Assembly: GCA_964016885.1 (NCBI GenBank)
Contig: OZ024741.1
Coordinates: forward strand, 24,056,001 to 24,120,000
Direction: 5' to 3'
DNA: 64,000 bases
DNA from: Eledone cirrhosa
Lineage: Eukaryota
Shown here in pieces: positions 55,765 to 64,000 of the stretch. The notes under the pieces are model-generated. The model did no database searches, was not told where the DNA came from, and worked only from the letters and a program-made list of their open reading frames with translations. Each line of letters opens with the position of its first letter. The stretch's first letter is position 1. Position numbers and translations under genes: made by a program.

Positions 55765-58700
55765 AATCCAGTACATATATAGTAAAAGACTGTGCTGCAG
55801 CCATGACCTAACCCTAATCCAGTACATATATAGTAAAAGACTGTGCTTCAGCCATGACCTAACCATAATCCAGTACATATATAGTAAAAGACTGTGCTTC
55901 AGCCATGACCTAACCCTAATCCAGTACATATATAGTAAAAGACTGTGCTTCAGCCATGACCTAACCATAATCCAGTACATATATAGTAAAAGACTGTGCT
56001 TCAGCCATGACCTAACCCTAATCCAGTACATATATAGTAAAAGACTGTGCTTCAGCCATGACCTAACCCTAATCCAGTACATATATAGTAAAAGACTGTG
56101 CTGCAGCCATGACCTAACCCTAATCCAGTACATATATAGTAAAAGACTGTGCTGCAGCCATGACCTAACCCTAATCCAGTACATATATAGTAAAAGACTG
56201 TGCTTCAGCTGTCACCTAACTCTAATCCAGTACATATATAGTAAAAGACTGTGCTTCAGCCATGACCTAACCCTAATCCAGTACATATATAGTAAAAGAC
56301 TGTGCTGCAGCCATGACCTAACCCTAATCCAGTACATATATAGTAAAAGACTGTGCTGCAGCTGTGACCTAACCCTAATCCAGTACATATATAGTAAAAG
56401 ACCGTGCTGCAGCCATGACCTAACCCTAATCCAGTACATATATAGTAAAAGACTGTGCTGCAGCCATGACCTAACCATAATCCAGTACATATATAGTAAA
56501 AGACTGTGCTTCAGCTGTCACCTAACCCTAATCCAGTACATATATAGTAAAAGACTGTGCTGCAGCCATGACCTAACCCTAATCCAGTACATATATAGTA
56601 AAAGACTGTGCTTCAGCTGTCACCTAACCCCAATCCAGTACATATATAGTAAAAGACTGTGCTTCAGTTGTCACCTAACTCTAATCCAGTACATATATAG
56701 TAAAAGACTGTGCTTCAGCTGTCACCTAACCCTAATCCAGTACATATATAGTAAAAGACTGTGCTTCAGCTGTCACCTATACCCTAATCCAGTACATATA
56801 TAGTAAAAGACTGTGCTTCAGCTGTCACCTAACCCTAATCCAGTACATATATAGTAAAAGACTGTGCTTCAGCCATGACCTAACCCTAATCCAGTACATA
56901 TATAGTAAAAGACTGTGCTTCAGCTGTCACCTAACTCTAATCCAGTACATATATAGTAAAAGACTGTGCTGCAGCCATGACCTAACCCTAATCCAGTACA
57001 TATATAGTAAAAGACTGTGCTTCAGCTGTCACCTAACTCTAATCCAGTACATATATAGTAAAAGACTGTGCTGCAGCCATGACCTAACCCTAATCCAGTA
57101 CATATATAGTAAAAGACTGTGCTTCAGCTGTCACCTAACTCTAATCCAGTACATATATAGTAAAAGACTGTGCTTCAGCTGTCACCTAACTCTTATCCAG
57201 TACATATATAGTAAAAGACTGTGCTGCAGCCATGAGCTAACCCTAATCCAGTACATATATAGTAAAAGACTGTGCTTCAGCTGTCACCTAACCCTAATCC
57301 AGTACATATATAGTAAAAGACTGTGCTTCAGCTGTCACCTAACTCTAATCCAGTACATATATAGTAAAAGACTGTGCTGCAGCCATGACCTAACCCTAAT
57401 CCAGTACATATATAGTAAAAGACTGTGCTTCAGCTGTCACCTTAACCTAATCCAGTACATCTATAGTAAAAGACTGTGCTTCAGCCATGACCTAACCCTA
57501 ATCCAGTACATATATAGTAAAAGACTGTGCTTCAGCTGTCACCTAACTCTAATCCAGTACATATATAGTAAAAGACTGCGCTTCAGCTGTCACCTAACTC
57601 TAATCCAGTACATATATAGTAAAAGACTGTGCTTCAGCTGTCACCTAACTCTAATCCAGTACATATATAGTAAAAGACTGTGCTTCAGCTGTCACCTAAC
57701 TCTAATCCAGTACATATATAGTAAAAGACTGTGCTGCAGCCATGACCTAACCCTAATCCAGTACATATATAGTAAAAGACTGTGCTTCAGCCATGACCTA
57801 ACCATAATCCAGTACATATATAGTAAAAGACTGTGCTTCAGCCATGACCTAACCCTAATCCAGTATATATATAGTAAAAGACTGTGCTTCAGCCATGACC
57901 TAACCATAATCCAGTACATATATAGTAAAAGACTGTGCTTCAGCCATGACCTAACCCTAATCCAGTACATATATAGTAAAAGACTGTGCTTCAGCCATGA
58001 CCTAACCCTAATCCAGTACATATATAGTAAAAGACTGTGCTGCAGCCATGACCTAACCCTAATCCAGTACATATATAGTAAAAGACTGTGCTGCAGCCAT
58101 GACCTAACCCTAATCCAGTACATATATAGTAAAAGACTGTGCTTCAGCTGTCACCTAACTCTAATCCAGTACATATATAGTAAAAGACTGTGCTTCAGCC
58201 ATGACCTAACCCTAATCCAGTACATATATAGTAAAAGACTGTGCTGCAGCCATGACCTAACCCTAATCCAGTACATATATAGTAAAAGACTGTGCTGCAG
58301 CTGTGACCTAACCCTAATCCAGTACATATATAGTAAAAGACCGTGCTGCAGCCATGACCTAACCCTAATCCAGTACATATATAGTAAAAGACTGTGCTGC
58401 AGCCATGACCTAACCATAATCCAGTACATATATAGTAAAAGACTGTGCTTCAGCTGTCACCTAACCCTAATCCAGTACATATATAGTAAAAGACTGTGCT
58501 GCAGCCATGACCTAACCCTAATCCAGTACATATATAGTAAAAGACTGTGCTTCAGCTGTCACCTAACCCCAATCCAGTACATATATAGTAAAAGACTGTG
58601 CTTCAGCTGTCACCTAACTCTAATCCAGTACATATATAGTAAAAGACTGTGCTTCAGCTGTCACCTAACCCTAATCCAGTACATATATAGTAAAAGACTG

Positions 58701-59517
58701 TGCTTCAGCTGTCACCTATACCCTAATCCAGTACATATATAGTAAAAGACTGTGCTTCAGCTGTCACCTAACCCTAATCCAGTACATATATAGTAAAAGA
58801 CTGTGCTTCAGCCATGACCTAACCCTAATCCAGTACATATATAGTAAAAGACTGTGCTTCAGCTGTCACCTAACTCTAATCCAGTACATATATAGTAAAA
58901 GACTGTGCTGCAGCCATGACCTAACCCTAATCCAGTACATATATAGTAAAAGACTGTGCTTCAGCTGTCACCTAACTCTAATCCAGTACATATATAGTAA
59001 AAGACTGTGGTGCAGCCATGACCTAACCCTAATCCAGTACATATATAGTAAAAGACTGTGCTTCAGCTGTCACCTAACTCTAATCCAGTACATATATAGT
59101 AAAAGACTGTGCTTCAGCTGTCACCTAACTCTTATCCAGTACATATATAGTAAAAGACTGTGCTGCAGCCATGACCTAACCCTAATCCAGTACATATATA
59201 GTAAAAGACTGTGCTTCAGCTGTCACCTAACCCTAATCCAGTACATATATAGTAAAAGACTGTGCTTCAGCTGTCACCTAACTCTAATCCAGTACATATA
59301 TAGTAAAAGACTGTGCTGCAGCCATGACCTAACCCTAATCCAGTACATATATAGTAAAAGACTGTGCTTCAGCTGTCACCTTAACCTAATCCAGTACATC
59401 TATAGTAAAAGACTGTGCTTCAGCCATGACCTAACCCTAATCCAGTACATATATAGTAAAAGACTGTGCTTCAGCTGTCACCTAACTCTAATCCAGTACA
59501 TATATAGTAAAAGACTG
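55765..59517. repeat. Tandem duplication, offset 1939 bp (38 monomers + 1 bp)
   Basis: Identical ORFs at 56212 and 58151. The +1 variant CCTATACCC is at 56778 and 58717. Both copies share the AACCCCAATC, CTCTTATCC and CCTTAACCTAA variants. Confidence 0.9.
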
Positions 59518-59949
59518 TGCTGCAGCCATGACCTAACCCTAATCCAGTACATATATAGTAAAAGACTGTGCTTCAGCTGTCACCTAACTCTAATCCAGTA
59601 AATATATAGTAAAAGACTGTGCTTCAGCTGTCACCTAACTCTAATCCCGTACATATATAGTAAAAGACTGTGCTTCAGCTGTCACCTAACTCTAATCCAG
59701 TACATATATAGTAAAAGACTGTGCTGCAGCCATGACCTAACCCTAATCCAGTACATATATAGTAAAAGACTGTGCTGCAGCCATGACCTAACCCTAATCC
59801 AGTACATATATAGTAAAAACTGTGCTTCAGCTGTCACCTAACTCTAATCCAGTACATATATAGTAAAAGACTGTGCTTCAGCTGTCACCTAACTCTAATC
59901 CAGTACATATATAGTAAAAGACTGTGCTTCAGCTGTCACCTAACTCTAA

Positions 59950-62900
59950 TCCAGTACATATATAGTAAAAGACTGTGCTGCAGCCATGACCTAACCCTAA
60001 TCCAGTACATATATAGTAAAAGACTGTGCTTCAGCTGTCACCTAACTCTAATCCAGTACATATATAATAAAAGACTGTGCTTCAGCTGTCACCTAACTCT
60101 AATCCAGTACATATATAGTAAAAGACTGTGCTTCAGCTGTCACCTAACTCTAATCCAGTACATATATAGTAAAAGACTGTGCTTCAGCTGTGACCTAACC
60201 CTTATCCAGTACATATATAGTAAAAGACTGTGCTGCAGCCATGACCTAACCCTAATCAGTACATATATAGTAAAAGACTGTGCTTCAGCTGTCACCTAAC
60301 TCTAATCCAGTACATATATAGTAAAAGTCTGTGCTGCAGCCATGACCTAACCCTAATCCAGTACATATATAGTAAAAGACTGTGCTTCAGCTGTCACCTA
60401 AACCTAATCCAGTACATCTATAGTAAAAGACTGTGCTTCAGCTGTCACCTAACTCTAATCCAGTACATATATAGTAAAAGACTGTGCTGCAGCCATGACC
60501 TAACACTAATCCAGTACATATATAGTAAAAGACTGTGCTTCAGCTGTCACCTAAACCTAATCCAGTACATCTATAGTAAAAGACTGTGCTTCAGCTGTCA
60601 CCTAACCCTAATCCAGTACATATATAGTAAAAGACTGTGCTTCAGCCATGACCTAACCCTAATCCAGTACATATATAGTAAAAGACTGTGCTTCAGCTGT
60701 CACCTAACTCTAATCCAGTACATATATAGTAAAAGACTGTGCTGCAGCCATGACCTAACCCTAATCCAGTACATATATAGTAAAAGACTGTGCTTCAGCT
60801 GTCACCTAACTCTAATCCAGTACATATATAGTAAAAGACTGTGCTTCAGCTGTCACCTAACTCTAATCCAGTACATATATAGTAAAAGACTGTGCTGCAG
60901 CCATGACCTAACCCTAATCCAGTACATATATAGTAAAAGACTGTGCTTCAGCTGTCACCTAACTCTAATCCAGTACATATATAGTAAAAGACTGTGCTTC
61001 AGCTGTCACCTAACTCTAATCCAGTACATATATAGTAAAAGACTGTGCTGCAGCCATGACCTAACCCTAATCCAGTACATATATAGTAAAAGACTGTGCT
61101 TCAGCTGTCACCTAACTCTAATCCAGTACATATATAGTAAAAGACTGTGCTTCAGCCATGACCTAACCATAATCCAGTACATATATAGTAAAAGACTGTG
61201 CTGCAGCCATGACCTAACCCTAATCCAGTACATATATAGTAAAAGACTGTGCTTCAGCTGTCACCTAACCCTAATCCAGTACATATATAGTAAAAGACTG
61301 TGCTTCAGCTGTCACCTAACTCTAATCCAGTACATATATAGTAAAAGACTGTGCTGCAGCCATGACCTAACCCTAATCCAGTACATATATAGTAAAAGAC
61401 TGTGCTTCAGCTGTCACCTAAACCTAATCCAGTACATCTATAGTAAAAGACTGTGCTTCAGCCATGACCTAACCATAATCCAGTACATATATAGTAAAAG
61501 ACTATGCTTCAGCCATGACCTAACCATAATCCAGTACATATATAGTAAAAGACTGTGCTTCAGCCATGACCTAACCCTAATCCAGTACATATATAGTAAA
61601 AGACTGTGCTTCAGCTGTCACCTAACTCTAATCCAGTACATATATAGTAAAAGACTGTGCTGCAGCCATGACCTAACCCTAATCCAGTACATATATAGTA
61701 AAAGACTGTGCTTCAGCTGTCACCTAACTCTAATCCAGTACATATATAATAAAAGACTGTGCTTCAGCTGTCACCTAACTCTAATCCAGTACATATATAG
61801 TAAAAGACTGTGCTTCAGCTGTCACCTAACTCTAATCCAGTACATATATAGTAAAAGACTGTGCTTCAGCTGTGACCTAACCCTTATCCAGTACATATAT
61901 AGTAAAAGACTGTGCTGCAGCCATGACCTAACCCTAATCCAGTACATATATAGTAAAAGACTGTGCTTCAGCTGTCACCTAACTCTAATCCAGTACATAT
62001 ATAGTAAAAGTCTGTGCTGCAGCCATGACCTAACCCTAATCCAGTACATATATAGTAAAAGACTATGCTTCAGCTGTCACCTAAACCTAATCCAGTACAT
62101 CTATAGTAAAAGACTGTGCTTCAGCTGTCACCTAACTCTAATCCAGTACATATATAGTAAAAGACTGTGCTGCAGCCATGACCTAACCCTAATCCAGTAC
62201 ATATATAGTAAAAGACTGTGCTTCAGCTGTCACCTAAACCTAATCCAGTACATCTATAGTAAAAGACTGTGCTTCAGCTGTCACCTAACCCTAATCCAGT
62301 ACATATATAGTAAAAGACTGTGCTTCAGCCATGACCTAACCCTAATCCAGTACATATATAGTAAAAGACTGTGCTTCAGCTGTCACCTAACTCTAATCCA
62401 GTACATATATAGTAAAAGACTGTGCTGCAGCCATGACCTAACCCTAATCCAGTACATATATAGTAAAAGACTGTGCTTCAGCTGTCACCTAACTCTAATC
62501 CAGTACATATATAGTAAAAGACTGTGCTTCAGCTGTCACCTAACTCTAATCCAGTACATATATAGTAAAAGACTGTGCTGCAGCCATGACCTAACCCTAA
62601 TCCAGTACATATATAGTAAAAGACTGTGCTTCAGCTGTCACCTAACTCTAATCCAGTACATATATAGTAAAAGACTGTGCTTCAGCTGTCACCTAACTCT
62701 AATCCAGTACATATATAGTAAAAGACTGTGCTGCAGCCATGACCTAACCCTAATCCAGTACATATATAGTAAAAGACTGTGCTTCAGCTGTCACCTAACT
62801 CTAATCCAGTACATATATAGTAAAAGACTGTGCTTCAGCCATGACCTAACCATAATCCAGTACATATATAGTAAAAGACTGTGCTGCAGCCATGACCTAA

Positions 62901-63290
62901 CCCTAATCCAGTACATATATAGTAAAAGACTGTGCTTCAGCTGTCACCTAACCCTAATCCAGTACATATATAGTAAAAGACTGTGCTTCAGCTGTCACCT
63001 AACTCTAATCCAGTACATATATAGTAAAAGACTGTGCTGCAGCCATGACCTAACCCTAATCCAGTACATATATAGTAAAAGACTGTGCTTCAGCTGTCAC
63101 CTAAACCTAATCCAGTACATCTATAGTAAAAGACTGTGCTTCAGCCATGACCTAACCATAATCCAGTACATATATAGTAAAAGACTATGCTTCAGCCATG
63201 ACCTAACCATAATCCAGTACATATATAGTAAAAGACTGTGCTTCAGCCATGACCTAACCCTAATCCAGTACATATATAGTAAAAGACTGT
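59950..63290. repeat. Tandem duplication, period 1683 bp (33 monomers)
   Basis: AAAAGTCTG (G at 60327 and 62010, +1683). ACTATGC is at 61501 and 63184 (+1683). CCCTTATCC is at 60199 and 61881 (+1682, because of a 1-bp deletion at ~60257). Confidence 0.9.
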
Positions 63291-64000
63291 CCTTCAGCTG
63301 TCACCTAACCTTAATCCAGTACATATATAGTAAAAGACTGTGCTTCAGCCATGACCTAACCCTAATCCAGTACATATATAGTAAAAGACTGTGCTTCAGC
63401 CATGACCTAACCATAATCCAGTACATATATAGTAAAAGACTGTGCTGCAGCCATGACCTAACCCTAATCCAGTACATATATAGTAAAAGACTGTGCTTCA
63501 GCCATGACCTAACCATAATCCAGTACATATATAGTAAAAGACTGTGCTTCAGCCATGACCTAACCCTAATCCAGTACATATATAGTAAAAGACTGTGCTT
63601 CAGCCATGACCTAACCATAATCCAGTACATATATAGTAAAAGACTGTGCTTCAGCTGTCACCTAAACCTAATCCAGTACATCTATAGTAAAAGACTGTGC
63701 TTCAGCTGTCACCTAACCCTAATCCAGTACATATATAGTAAAAGACTGTGCTTCAGCCATGACCTAACCCTAATCCAGTACATATATAGTAAAAGACTGT
63801 GCTTCAGCTGTCACCTAACTCTAATCCAGTACATATATAGTAAAAGACTGTGCTGCAGCCATGACCTAACCCTAATCCAGTACATATATAGTAAAAGACT
63901 GTGCTTCAGCTGTCACCTAACTCTAATCCAGTACATATATAGTAAAAGACTGTGCTGCAGCCATGACCTAACCCTAATCCAGTACATATATAGTAAAAGA

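Larger units (their letters stand above)
1..64000. repeat. 51-bp tandem satellite DNA array (~1,255 monomers), extends past both window edges
   Basis: The monomer CAGCTGTCACCTAACCCTAATCCAGTACATATATAGTAAAAGACTGTGCTT and its variant CAGCCATGAC... recur continuously. The first full monomer starts at 4 and the last starts at 63958, a difference of 63954 = 1254 x 51. No inversion or foreign insertion was seen. Confidence 0.99.

Noticed and set aside
3988-63630. Minus-strand MYWIRVRSWLKHSLLLY ORFs
   Set aside because: They simply mark runs of non-A monomers. Each A monomer (TCAC, read as TGA on the minus strand) terminates the frame.
1-64000. CRISPR array (constant repeat plus variable segment)
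   Set aside because: There are no unique spacers. The variable part is 2-3 recurring alleles over a few bases, and no leader or cas genes are present.
1-64000. True telomere tract
   Set aside because: There are never more than about two consecutive CCCTAA units, and 40 of the 51 bp are non-telomeric.
1-64000. Transposon, Helitron or named satellite family assignment and host species
   Set aside because: No termini, TSDs or coding remnants are in the window, and I do not recognise the monomer. A Dfam/Repbase/BLAST search and the array flanks would be needed.
1-64000. Sequencing or assembly concatemer artefact for the whole array
   Set aside because: The hierarchically shared, ordered rare variants and domain-specific allele sets indicate real evolutionary history. 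Individual near-identical duplications still need read support.

Overview
The whole 64 kb window is one uninterrupted head-to-tail satellite array of a 51-bp monomer (about 1,255 copies, ~39% GC, all in the same orientation). The consensus is CAGC[TGTC|CATG]ACCTAACCCTAATCCAGTACATATATAGTAAAAGACTGTGCTT. There is no unique sequence, no supportable gene, no RNA gene, no transposon and no CRISPR array. The ORF track mostly reflects that 51 = 17 codons and one frame of the consensus lacks a stop. The interesting signal is inside the array: (i) a telomere-type CCTAACCCTAA core in each monomer; (ii) two dominant monomer alleles (A = TGTCAC, B = CATGAC) with different motif and G-quadruplex potential; (iii) CG/TG/CA/TA allele series at three sites, which look like methyl-CpG decay; (iv) nested higher-order duplications with offsets of about 1.07, 1.58, 1.68, 1.94, 2.3-3.1, 3.57, 8.92 and ~20.5 kb, arranged in distinct age layers; (v) linked compensating indels and one templated micro-insertion; (vi) an open frame in which A monomers spell a CxxCH motif every 17 aa, which is probably coincidental but testable. 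A eukaryotic, probably animal, origin is inferred and not shown. Block boundaries were read by eye and are approximate to about one monomer.
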